Assembly: GCA_032119475.1 (NCBI GenBank) | Contig: JAUMCA010000087.1 | Location: forward strand, 1-24,000 | Direction of reading: 5' to 3' | DNA length: 24,000 bases | DNA from: Thermoleophilia bacterium | GTDB taxonomy: Bacteria > Actinomycetota > Thermoleophilia > Gaiellales > F1-60-MAGs149 | Part shown: positions 1 through 6,734 of the stretch, one piece after another | Layout of the letters: the number at the start of each line of letters is the position of its first letter | Position numbering within the stretch: position 1 is the first letter of the stretch | The notes under the pieces: generated by a model | What the model saw: only the letters and a program-made list of their open reading frames with translations | Databases searched by the model: none | What the model was told of the DNA's origin: nothing | Program-made: the position numbers and the translations under genes

Positions 1-513
1 TTCGATCCGCACGACGTCGGGGTCGGCCGCGAGGGCGGCGACCTGCGCGGGCGTCAGCGCGGCGGCGTAGCCGTTGATGGCGCGGGTGAAGACGGCGATC
101 GGCGCGGCGGCGGCGTCGAGCGCGGCCGCGGCCGGCGCGACGTCGGGGGCGAGCGTGACGATCCAGCGGCCGGGAACGGGCTGCCCGGGCTTGAGCCCGT
201 CGGGCGCCACGGCGAGATCGTCCTGGCCGAAGATCGAGACCGGCCGGTCCCGCTCCACCAGCGCGACGCGGGGGTCCTGTCGCAGGCGGGCCACGTCGGC
301 GGGCTCGAGCTCGGCGACGAAGCCGTCGAGGGCCGTCTGGAACACACGCTCGACGTCGTTCCCCCGCGCCTCCTCCCCGCGCGCGAAGGCGGGCGCGCTG
401 CGGCCCTCGTCGAGGACGACGATGTAGTCGCGCGCGGTATCGGCGAACGCCGCGGCGGGGACGATGATGAGCGCCGCCAGAGCGGCCAGGAGTGCGGGAA
501 ATGTGCGGTGCAT
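1..513 (-). CDS. Secreted protein, N-terminal part (runs off the left window edge): signal peptide plus two tandem peptidase-inhibitor I9 (subtilisin propeptide-like) domains; probably the N-terminus of an S8 subtilase
   Basis: Absent from the ORF track because it is open at the window edge. The reverse-strand ATG at 513..511 reads in frame to position 1 (171 codons). Translation: MHRTFPALLAALAALIIVPAAAFA/DTARDYIVVLDEGRS..VFQTALDGFVAELEPADVARLRQDPRVALVERDRPV, then GRWIVTLAPDV..FTRAINGYAAALTPAQVAALAADPDVVRIE. There is an AFA/D signal-peptidase-like site, and the I9 pattern occurs twice. No catalytic domain is visible in the window. Confidence 0.75.
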   Translation of the reverse strand, partial: MHRTFPALLAALAALIIVPAAAFADTARDYIVVLDEGRSAPAFARGEEARGNDVERVFQTALDGFVAELEPADVARLRQDPRVALVERDRPVSIFGQDDLAVAPDGLKPGQPVPGRWIVTLAPDVAPAAAALDAAAAPIAVFTRAINGYAAALTPAQVAALAADPDVVRIE

Positions 514-524
514 CTGCGGGTCTC

Positions 525-530
525 ACTGTA
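525..530 (-). promoter_or_regulatory. Candidate -10 box TACAGT for the subtilase-like gene
   Basis: The reverse strand reads TACAGT-gagacccgcag-ATG, an 11-nt gap to the start. It fits the TAnnnT pattern. No convincing -35. Confidence 0.25.
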
Positions 531-567
531 GGCGACGCGCGAGAACCGCGAATCTGACGCGGGGTTT

Positions 568-620
568 CACCGGTGGGCCTTGCGGTTCTGCCGCGCCCGC
601 GGTGAGCCGCATCACCGGTG
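568..620. promoter_or_regulatory. Two copies of the palindromic 8-mer CACCGGTG (9-mer TCACCGGTG) 45 bp apart in a divergent promoter region; candidate operator pair
   Basis: The copies lie at 568-575 and 613-620. A 12-nt inverted repeat, GGGCCTTGCGGT (575-586) / ACCGCAAGGCCC (628-639), brackets the second copy. Confidence 0.3.
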
Positions 621-642
621 CGGATGCACCGCAAGGCCCCCG

Positions 643-648
643 TACACT
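643..648 (+). promoter_or_regulatory. Candidate -10 box TACACT placed for leaderless expression of the SbtA-like gene
   Basis: TACACT-ccccgc-GTG(655): 6-nt gap and no Shine-Dalgarno. Confidence 0.4.
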
Positions 649-654
649 CCCCGC

Positions 655-1626
655 GTGGGTTCGGACACCCTGCAGCTGGCGCTCGACAACATCGTCTCGC
701 CGCCCGTGCTGGCCTTCGCGCTGGGCCTGATCGCCGTCGCCATCGGCGGCGATCTGCGCCTGCCCGACGCGGTCTACCAGGGCCTGTCGATGTACCTCCT
801 GCTGGCGATCGGCATCAAGGGCGGCGTGGCGCTCCGCGGCGCCGATCTGGGCGACATCCTGCTCCCCGCCCTGGCGGCGCTGGCGCTCGGCATCGTGATC
901 CCGCTCGTGGCGTTCGCCGTGCTGCGCTGGCTGACCCCGTTCGACGCCGTCGACCGCGGCGCGATCGCGGCGCACTACGGATCGACGTCGCTGGTGACGT
1001 TCACCGCCGCGCTGGTGTTCCTGGAGGCGGCGGCCTACGCCGTCGACGGCTACGCCGCCACGCTGCTCGCGCTGATGGAGATCCCCGGCATCATCGTCGG
1101 CCTGATGCTCGCCCAGCGCGCCCTGGGCGGCGGCGTCGCGTGGGGCGCGTCGCTGCGCGAGGTGCTGGTCGGCAAGTCCATCCTGCTCCTCGCCGGCGGC
1201 CTCGTCCTCGGCGCCCTCACCGGGGTGACCGGGTACGCCCGCATCGAGCCGTTCTTCGGCGGCCTGTTCGTCGGCATCCTCACCCTCTTCCTGCTCGAGC
1301 TGGGCGTCCTCACCGGGCGCCGCCTGCCCGACGTGCGTCGCGGCGGCGTCGGCCTGCCGATCTTCGCGCTCGCGTTCCCCGTGCTGACCGGCGCGGCGGG
1401 CGTACTGGCCGGTGCCGCCGTGGGGCTCGACGTCGGCACGGCGACGATCCTCGGCGTCCTGTCCGCGAGCGCCTCGTACATCGCCGCCCCGGCCGCGGTG
1501 CGCCTGGCCCTGCCGGACGCGAACCCGGGCTACTACCTGACGGCCGCGCTGGGCATCACGTTCCCCTTCAACCTGGTGATCGGCATCCCCCTGTACCTGG
1601 CGATCGCGAAGGCGGTGATCGGATGA
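655..1626 (+). CDS. Sodium-dependent bicarbonate transporter family permease (SbtA-like, Sbt_1/DUF897 family)
   Basis: Within ORF 580..1626. The polytopic membrane protein begins LALDNIVSPPVLAFALGLIAVAIGGDLRLPDAVYQGLSMYLLLAIGIKGG, as SbtA-family proteins do. I chose the in-frame GTG at 655 as the start because of the -10-like hexamer 6 nt upstream. This gives 323 aa, typical for the family. Confidence 0.85.
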   Translation: MGSDTLQLALDNIVSPPVLAFALGLIAVAIGGDLRLPDAVYQGLSMYLLLAIGIKGGVALRGADLGDILLPALAALALGIVIPLVAFAVLRWLTPFDAVDRGAIAAHYGSTSLVTFTAALVFLEAAAYAVDGYAATLLALMEIPGIIVGLMLAQRALGGGVAWGASLREVLVGKSILLLAGGLVLGALTGVTGYARIEPFFGGLFVGILTLFLLELGVLTGRRLPDVRRGGVGLPIFALAFPVLTGAAGVLAGAAVGLDVGTATILGVLSASASYIAAPAAVRLALPDANPGYYLTAALGITFPFNLVIGIPLYLAIAKAVIG

Positions 1627-1940
1627 GCGACGAGGAGTTCCACGCCGGCGAGGTCACCCTGGTGACGATCGTGGCCGAGGCGATCGTGGAGGCGCGCCTC
1701 CTGCGCGCGCTGAAGGACGCCGGCGCGCACGGCTGGACCGTGACCGCGGCGCGCGGCGAGGGGCCGCGCAACCGCCGGGTCGGCGATCTCGAGGGCGGCA
1801 ACGTGCGCATCGAGACCCTGGTCTCGGAGGCCGTCGCGGCGACGATCATGGCGCGGCTGGCCGCCGACTGGTTCCCGCGCTACGCCGTGGTGGCGTGGAC
1901 GCAGCGCGTGCAGGTCGGCCGCATCGAGCGATACCTGTGA
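1623..1940 (+). CDS. PII-like signal-transduction protein (SbtB-like partner of the permease)
   Basis: Corresponds to the last 105 aa of track ORF 618..1940; the rest of that ORF is off-frame artefact. The ATG overlaps the permease stop (ATGA at 1623-1626). The predicted b-a-b/T-loop/b-a-b layout is LVTIVAE / AIVEARLLRALKDAG / GWTVTAARGEG / PRNRRVGDLEGG / NVRIETLVS. Confidence 0.75.
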   Translation: MSDEEFHAGEVTLVTIVAEAIVEARLLRALKDAGAHGWTVTAARGEGPRNRRVGDLEGGNVRIETLVSEAVAATIMARLAADWFPRYAVVAWTQRVQVGRIERYL

Positions 1941-1963
1941 CCCGACCTTCACAGGGCCGGGTC
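1939..1963 (+). terminator. Weak hairpin after the PII-like gene
   Basis: GACCCGACC-ttcaca-GGGCCGGGTC forms 8 bp with one mismatch. No U-tract follows. Confidence 0.2.
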
Positions 1964-2019
1964 CCCGCCCGATCGTCGCAGCGGCAGCCGAACGGCGCGC
2001 GGCCGACGGCGGCAGCGCG

Positions 2020-2025
2020 TAGAGT
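2020..2025 (+). promoter_or_regulatory. Candidate -10 box TAGAGT upstream of the M20 peptidase operon
   Basis: TAGAGT lies 9 nt upstream of the in-frame GTG at 2035, and 33 nt upstream of the ATG at 2059 that carries a GGAAGGAGAGG Shine-Dalgarno. Confidence 0.3.
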
Positions 2026-2058
2026 CGTCTCGCGGTGACCCCGGAAGGAGAGGCGTGC

Positions 2059-3408
2059 ATGTCCATCGACGCTGCCCTCGAGGATCGGATCCTCGACGAG
2101 ATCGACGCGCTCGCCGACGAGCTCGTCGCCGACCTCCAACGCGCCGTCCGCATCGCCAGCATCGAGCCGAAGTACCCGGGTGAGGCCTACGCCGACCTCG
2201 TCGGCCGCGAGGGCGAGGTCGCGCGTCTCGTCTCGGCGATCCACGCATCGGCCGGTGCCGAGACGGAGCTCGTGGCGATCGAGCCGGGGCGGGAGAACGC
2301 GTGCGCGGTCATCGCCGGCACCGGCGGCGGGAGATCGCTGGTCCTGAACGGCCACATCGACGTCGTCCCGGTCGGCAACCCGGCCACCTGGAGCCACGAC
2401 GATCCGTTCTCCGGCGCGCTCGTGGATGGGAGGGTCCTCGGCCGCGGCTCGGGCGACATGAAGGCGGGCGTGCTGGCACAGGCCTACGCCGCGCTCGCCC
2501 TGCGGCGCTGCGGGGTCCGGCTGCGGGGCGACCTCAAGCTCGCCGCGGTCGTCGGCGAGGAGGTCGGCGACCACGCCTGCGGGACGACGGCGACGATCGA
2601 CGCCGGCTACGGCGCGGACCTCGCGCTGATCGCCGAACCCACGGCGCCGCCGCAACCGCTCTGCATCGTCCCCGTGACGCCAGGCCTCCTGTGGTTCTCC
2701 GTGACCGTCACGGGCCGGACCGCGCACTCCGGCTTCCGCGGGGAGACCGTGCACCCCACCGTCGACGGCGCGGCGCTCGGCGTGAACGCGATCGACAAGG
2801 GGTTCCTCGTCTACCAGGCCCTCCGCGCCCTCGAGGACGAATGGGCCGAGACGAAGCGCCACCCGCTGTTCCCCGCGGGCAAGTTCGGGATCCTGCCCGG
2901 CGTGATCGCCGCATCGCCCTTCGGCATCGACGTCCCCTTCTTCCTGTCGGAGACCATGCGGATCGAGTACTGCGTCATGTTCCATCCCGACGACGACTGC
3001 GCGACCGCGAAGGCGGAGATCGAGCAGCGGATCCGGATGGCCGCGGAGATGGATCCGTGGCTGCGTGCGCATCCGCCGGTTGTCGAGTGGAAGCTCGAAT
3101 GGGAGCCGTACGCCCTCGCCGACGATCACCCGTCGTTGGACCTCCTGGAACGGGCGCATGAGCGCGCGGTCGTCGGCACGCGCCTCGAGGGGCCGGCCCG
3201 GCGTCACGGCTTCGCCGGCGTGTGCGACGCGACCTGGTACGAGGCGCGCGGCATCCCGAGCGTCGTGTACGGGCCCGGCGATCTCCGACTGGCGCACGCC
3301 GCGGACGAGTCCGTGGCCGTCGACGAGACCGTGGCCGCCTGCAAGGCGCTCGCGCTGTTCGCCGCGGCCTGGTGCGGCGTCGCCGCGGACGCCACCGACG
3401 CGGGGTAG
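2059..3408 (+). CDS. M20-family metallopeptidase/deacylase (ArgE/DapE/CPG2-like)
   Basis: ORF 2035..3408. Motifs: LVLNGHIDVVPVG, GRGSGDMKAG, AAVVGEEVG. I prefer the ATG at 2059 because a strong SD (GAAGGAG) sits 6-8 nt upstream; GTG 2035 is the alternative. Confidence 0.9.
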   Translation: MSIDAALEDRILDEIDALADELVADLQRAVRIASIEPKYPGEAYADLVGREGEVARLVSAIHASAGAETELVAIEPGRENACAVIAGTGGGRSLVLNGHIDVVPVGNPATWSHDDPFSGALVDGRVLGRGSGDMKAGVLAQAYAALALRRCGVRLRGDLKLAAVVGEEVGDHACGTTATIDAGYGADLALIAEPTAPPQPLCIVPVTPGLLWFSVTVTGRTAHSGFRGETVHPTVDGAALGVNAIDKGFLVYQALRALEDEWAETKRHPLFPAGKFGILPGVIAASPFGIDVPFFLSETMRIEYCVMFHPDDDCATAKAEIEQRIRMAAEMDPWLRAHPPVVEWKLEWEPYALADDHPSLDLLERAHERAVVGTRLEGPARRHGFAGVCDATWYEARGIPSVVYGPGDLRLAHAADESVAVDETVAACKALALFAAAWCGVAADATDAG

Positions 3409-3411
3409 GAT
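3406..3411 (+). promoter_or_regulatory. -10-like hexamer TAGGAT overlapping the M20 stop codon, 8 nt upstream of the next ATG
   Basis: TAGGAT-cacccgcc-ATG(3420). No SD. Confidence 0.3.
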
Positions 3412-3419
3412 CACCCGCC

Positions 3420-4271
3420 ATGAGCACCGACCGACTGCCAGCCCACGAGCGCCTGCAGCTGCTGCCCGGGGCGCGCGAGCTGCTGGCGGAGCACGCGGCC
3501 GAGCTCCCGCAGAAGAACGACCTGTGCGGGGCCTTCTGGGGCTGCCTGGCGCTGCGCGCCGCGGGGTGGAGCACGACGCCCGACGGGGACGTCCTGGATC
3601 AGGACGCCGTCGGCGTGCGCGCCGGCAGCAGCCTCCCGGCGCACCCCGAGGAGGAGGAGCTGCCGCCGGGCGAGGAGGGGCGCACCGACTACCGGCTGAC
3701 CTTCCCCCTGATCGAGGACACCGTGCGGTCGGGGACGTCCATGCACGGCGCCATCCGCGCGGTCGGCGAGATCTCGGGTGACGCGGTCGTCGCCGTTCCC
3801 GTGTCCGGGCCCTTCGCGCCCGACGACGTCCGCACGCTGCTCGCGGCCGTGCGGGAGACCGACGCGCCGTGCGCGACCGTGCTGAACGTCGGCACGCGCT
3901 ACCTGTGGGGGGCGCATCCCGAGCCGTCGGCGGTGATGGCGTACCTCGACGCCGGCGACGACGCCGTCGGTCCACCCCCGGACTGGGACGTCGGGCACTT
4001 CGTCTCGGCCGTCGGCACGATCGAGGGCGCCGCGGGAACGCTCGTCCTGATCGCCGATACGTACGGGACGCTCGGCCCGGGTGGACTGCACCTGCAGCCG
4101 CTCGAGCGCGTCGCCCACGCCCTGCGGCGTCCCGACATACCCGGCGACGGCGGGGTGATCGTGTACATCCGCGCAGACGCCGCGGACGCGCTCCGGGCGC
4201 GGTTCACGGCCGCCGGCCTGCAGATCGGCCTGTGGGACAACGGCAGCCCGGACGACACGCATGCGGCGTGA
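3420..4271 (+). CDS. Hypothetical protein with a papain-fold-like Cys/His/Asp arrangement (phytochelatin-synthase-like; inference)
   Basis: Lies in frame inside track ORF 3222..4271; starts MSTDRLPAHE. Candidate catalytic residues are Cys36 in PQKNDLCGAFWG, His193 in DWDVGHFVSAVG, and Asp213 in TLVLIADTYG. Amino-acid composition looks like a real protein rather than an antisense artefact. Confidence 0.7.
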   Translation: MSTDRLPAHERLQLLPGARELLAEHAAELPQKNDLCGAFWGCLALRAAGWSTTPDGDVLDQDAVGVRAGSSLPAHPEEEELPPGEEGRTDYRLTFPLIEDTVRSGTSMHGAIRAVGEISGDAVVAVPVSGPFAPDDVRTLLAAVRETDAPCATVLNVGTRYLWGAHPEPSAVMAYLDAGDDAVGPPPDWDVGHFVSAVGTIEGAAGTLVLIADTYGTLGPGGLHLQPLERVAHALRRPDIPGDGGVIVYIRADAADALRARFTAAGLQIGLWDNGSPDDTHAA

Positions 4272-5562
4272 GCCCCTGGCGCTGATCGCGACGTGCGACC
4301 TCGTGGCGACGGTGCGCGGGCGCGCGGTCGCCGCCCGCGCGCTGGAGAAGCACCTCACGGCCGGCGTCGGCTGGGTGCCGGCGGACCTCTCCCTCCACCC
4401 GTTCGGCGGCATCGTGGACCCGAACCCCTTCGGCAGCGTCGGCGACCTGCGCCTGATCCCGGACGCCGCGGCGCGCTGCCGCGTCGACCTGGGGGGCGCC
4501 ACGCCGCTCGACGTCGTGCTGGCGGACCTGCACGAGCCGGACGGCACGCCGTGGTCGGCGTGTCCGCGCCTGCTCCTGCGCCAGACGCTCGCCGACCTCG
4601 AGGCGGCGACCGGGCTCCGCCTGCTGGTGGCCTTCGAGCACGAGTTCACCCTGGACACCGGCGCACCGACCGGCCCGCCGTTCTCCCTCGAGGCGCTGCG
4701 CGCGATCGAGCCCTTCGGATCGGAGGTCATGGCCGCCCTCGAGGACGCCGGGCTGGCGCCGACGATGGTGGTCCCCGAATACGGCGTCGGCCAGTTCGAG
4801 GTCCCGTGCGCACCGGCGATCGGCGTGGCCGCGGCGGATCGCGCGGTGCACCTGCGCGAGGTGATCCGCGAGATGGCCCGGCAGGCGGGTTGGCGGGCGA
4901 GCTTCGCGCCCCTCGCCCACCCGGAACGCGTCGGCAACGGCGTCCACGTCCACATCAGCCTCGTCGACGGGGCCGGACGTCCCGCGATGCGCGATGGCGA
5001 TGCGCTGTCGGCCGCAGCCGGCTCCTTCGCCGCCGGCATCCTGCGCCACGCCCGGGCCCTCGTCGCGATGACGGCGCCGACGCCGGCCAGCATGGTGCGC
5101 CTGCAGCCGCACCGCTGGACGGCGGGCTTCGCCGCGCTGGCCGATGCCGACCGGGAGGCGCTGCTGCGGATCCCCACGCCGACGACGATCGGCGGACAGG
5201 ACGCGGAGGAGCAGCTGCGGTTCGAGTACCGCGCGGCGGACGCGACGGCCTGCCCCCACCTCGTGCTCGCGGCGCTCGCGCTCGCCGGGCTCGCCGGGAT
5301 CCGGGACGGCCTGCCGGCGCCGGCGATCCTGCGGCCGGATGCCGGCGGCCCCAGCGCCGATCAGCTCGCGGCGGTCGCGCCTGCGCAGCTCCCGTCCACG
5401 CTCGCGGAGGCGCTGGACGCGCTCGAGGCGGACGCGGTCGCCGCGACGTGGCTGCCGCCGCTCCTGCGCGAGGCGTATCTCGGCATCAAGCGGTGGGAGG
5501 TCGCGCAGGCGGAGGACGAGACGCCAGCTGCCACCTGCGCACGGTACGCCGCGGTCTACTGA
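4261..5562 (+). CDS. Glutamine synthetase family protein (GS-like gamma-glutamyl ligase; substrate unknown)
   Basis: 433 aa. Gln-synt_C-type motifs: VAFEHEFTL, PEYGVGQFEV, NGVHVHISL, LRIPT, FEYRAADATACPHL. The ATG at 4261 overlaps the end of the previous gene by 11 nt. Confidence 0.88.
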   Translation: MRREPLALIATCDLVATVRGRAVAARALEKHLTAGVGWVPADLSLHPFGGIVDPNPFGSVGDLRLIPDAAARCRVDLGGATPLDVVLADLHEPDGTPWSACPRLLLRQTLADLEAATGLRLLVAFEHEFTLDTGAPTGPPFSLEALRAIEPFGSEVMAALEDAGLAPTMVVPEYGVGQFEVPCAPAIGVAAADRAVHLREVIREMARQAGWRASFAPLAHPERVGNGVHVHISLVDGAGRPAMRDGDALSAAAGSFAAGILRHARALVAMTAPTPASMVRLQPHRWTAGFAALADADREALLRIPTPTTIGGQDAEEQLRFEYRAADATACPHLVLAALALAGLAGIRDGLPAPAILRPDAGGPSADQLAAVAPAQLPSTLAEALDALEADAVAATWLPPLLREAYLGIKRWEVAQAEDETPAATCARYAAVY

Positions 5563-5573
5563 GGCGGCTGCGA

Positions 5574-5590
5574 CCTCCGCCGGGCGGAGG
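5574..5590. terminator. Short GC hairpin between the convergent GS-like gene and tRNA-Thr
   Basis: CCTCCGC-cgg-GCGGAGG: 7-bp perfect stem, no U-tract. Confidence 0.25.
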
Positions 5591-5595
5591 CGGAG

Positions 5596-5668
5596 AGCCG
5601 ACGCGGGGATTCGAACCCCGGACCCCATCATTACGAGTGATGTGCTCTACCAACTGAGCTACGTCGGC
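5596..5668 (-). tRNA. tRNA-Thr (anticodon CGU), 73 nt, CCA not encoded
   Basis: Reverse strand: GCCGACG-TA-GCTC-AGTTGGTA-GAGC-A-CATCA-CTCGTAA-TGATG-GGGTC-CGGGG-TTCGAAT-CCCCG-CGTCGGC-T. This is a complete cloverleaf folded by hand. The anticodon loop is CT-CGT-AA. The 3' flank is CTCCG, not CCA. Confidence 0.93.
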
Positions 5669-5679
5669 GTGCGCCGCGG

Positions 5680-5685
5680 AGTCTA
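5680..5685 (-). promoter_or_regulatory. Candidate -10 box TAGACT upstream of tRNA-Thr
   Basis: The reverse strand reads TAGACT-ccgcggcgcac-GCCGACG (tRNA 5' end). The 11-nt gap implies a short 5' leader. Confidence 0.3.
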
Positions 5686-5713
5686 GAGGCACTCCGGGCG
5701 ACGTCGTCGCACG

Positions 5714-6235
5714 TCAGCGCGCGGCCGGCGTGGGCAGCGCGGACACGACATCGCCGCCGTCGAACTGGCACGTCATGACCAGCTCGACCGATGAGTTCAT
5801 GGCCAGCCCCTGGCAGCCGATCGCCGCCCGCGCGCACAGGCCGTCCGTGCCGAAGACGTCGACGAGCAGCTCGGTCGCGGCGTTGATCACGCGCGGCTGA
5901 TCGGCGAACCCCGGGGCCGAGTTCACGTAGCCCGTCAGCGTGACCATGCGCTGGACGCGGTCCAGCGAGCCGAGCGCGAACGCCATCACGCGCAGCGACT
6001 CGACGCAGGCGATGCGCGACGCCTCGCGGGCCTCGTCGACCGAGACGTCGCTGCCGACGAGGCCGGGCAGGTGCGGGCCGCCGTCACGGGTCGCGACCGT
6101 GCCGGACAGGTGCAGCAGATCGCCGTGCGCGACGTGCGAGACGAACATCGCCCCCGAGGGATCCTCGTGCCCGTACATCGCCGCGAGGTCGACGTCGAGG
6201 ATGCCGAGCGCCGCCGCTCGCGCGTGCGCGCCCAC
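5714..6235 (-). CDS. RidA/YjgF/L-PSP family protein
   Basis: ORF 5714..6271. Motifs: LGILDVDL..HGDLLHLSGTVA..DEAREASRIACVESL..VTLTGYVNS..AAIGCQGLAMNSSVELVMTC. I chose the GTG at 6235, which overlaps the Usp stop (TAGTG). The start is uncertain; ATG 6178 would cut into the domain. Confidence 0.8.
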   Translation of the reverse strand: MGAHARAAALGILDVDLAAMYGHEDPSGAMFVSHVAHGDLLHLSGTVATRDGGPHLPGLVGSDVSVDEAREASRIACVESLRVMAFALGSLDRVQRMVTLTGYVNSAPGFADQPRVINAATELLVDVFGTDGLCARAAIGCQGLAMNSSVELVMTCQFDGGDVVSALPTPAAR

Positions 6236-6666
6236 TACTTGGACGGGCTGGGCACCACCACGACCGGGCACGGGGCGTGCCCGACGACCTGGTGGCTGAC
6301 GGAGCCGAGCAGGAGACCCTTGAAGCCGCCGTGGCCGCGGGTGCCGACGACGACGAGGTCGCAGCCCTCCGCCGCCTCGAGCAGCGCGGCTGCGGGGCCG
6401 CCCTCCACGATGTGGTGCTCGATCTCGACGTCGGCGGGCACGCCGGCCTGCGCGATCACGGACTCCTGCGCCGCCTTCGCGTCCGCGAGCAGCTCGTCGG
6501 CCGGGTAGGGGGCCGGGAGGCCACCGGGGCTGAGCGCCGTGACCGGTACGGACCAGGCGGTGACCACGCGCAGCGTGTGCCCGTGCGCGGCGGCCTCCTG
6601 CCCCGCCCAGCGGAGCGCGGGAATCGACTTGTCCGAACCATCGATGCCGACGGCGATGACGCCCAT
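6235..6666 (-). CDS. Universal stress protein (UspA family)
   Basis: Motifs: MGVIAVGIDGSDKSIPALRWA...LVVVGTRGHGGFKGLLLGSVSHQVVGHAPCPVVVVP. A strong SD (GAGGAGGA) lies 6 nt upstream of the ATG. Confidence 0.92.
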   Translation of the reverse strand: MGVIAVGIDGSDKSIPALRWAGQEAAAHGHTLRVVTAWSVPVTALSPGGLPAPYPADELLADAKAAQESVIAQAGVPADVEIEHHIVEGGPAAALLEAAEGCDLVVVGTRGHGGFKGLLLGSVSHQVVGHAPCPVVVVPSPSK

Positions 6667-6694
6667 TGGATCCTCCTCACGGGGTTGCCGTCAC

Positions 6695-6723
6695 ACACTA
6701 GGCGAATGCGACGCGACCGTCAC
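6695..6723 (-). promoter_or_regulatory. Candidate promoter of the usp gene (leadered)
   Basis: The reverse strand reads GTGACG-N17-TAGTGT, about 28 nt upstream of the ATG and followed by the SD. Confidence 0.3.
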
Positions 6724-6734
6724 GGGTCGGTCGC

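Noticed and set aside
618-1940. 440-aa plus-strand ORF spanning the permease region
   Set aside because: Only its last 105 codons (from ATG 1623) form a plausible PII-like protein. The upstream 335 codons are an off-frame read-through of the SbtA-like gene and consist of Arg/Pro/Gly-rich sequence.
1846-5631. Minus-strand ORFs of 709 aa (1846..3975), 588 aa (3411..5177) and 475 aa (4204..5631)
   Set aside because: They lie antisense to the M20, PCS-like and GS-like genes, which carry clear family motifs. The translations are poly-Arg/Pro/Ala without motifs, so I regard them as GC artefacts.
5563-5713. tRNA-Thr as an integration hotspot or genomic-island boundary
   Set aside because: No integrase, no repeat of the tRNA 3' end seen nearby, and the flanking genes (GS-like, RidA, Usp) look like ordinary chromosomal genes of the same composition.
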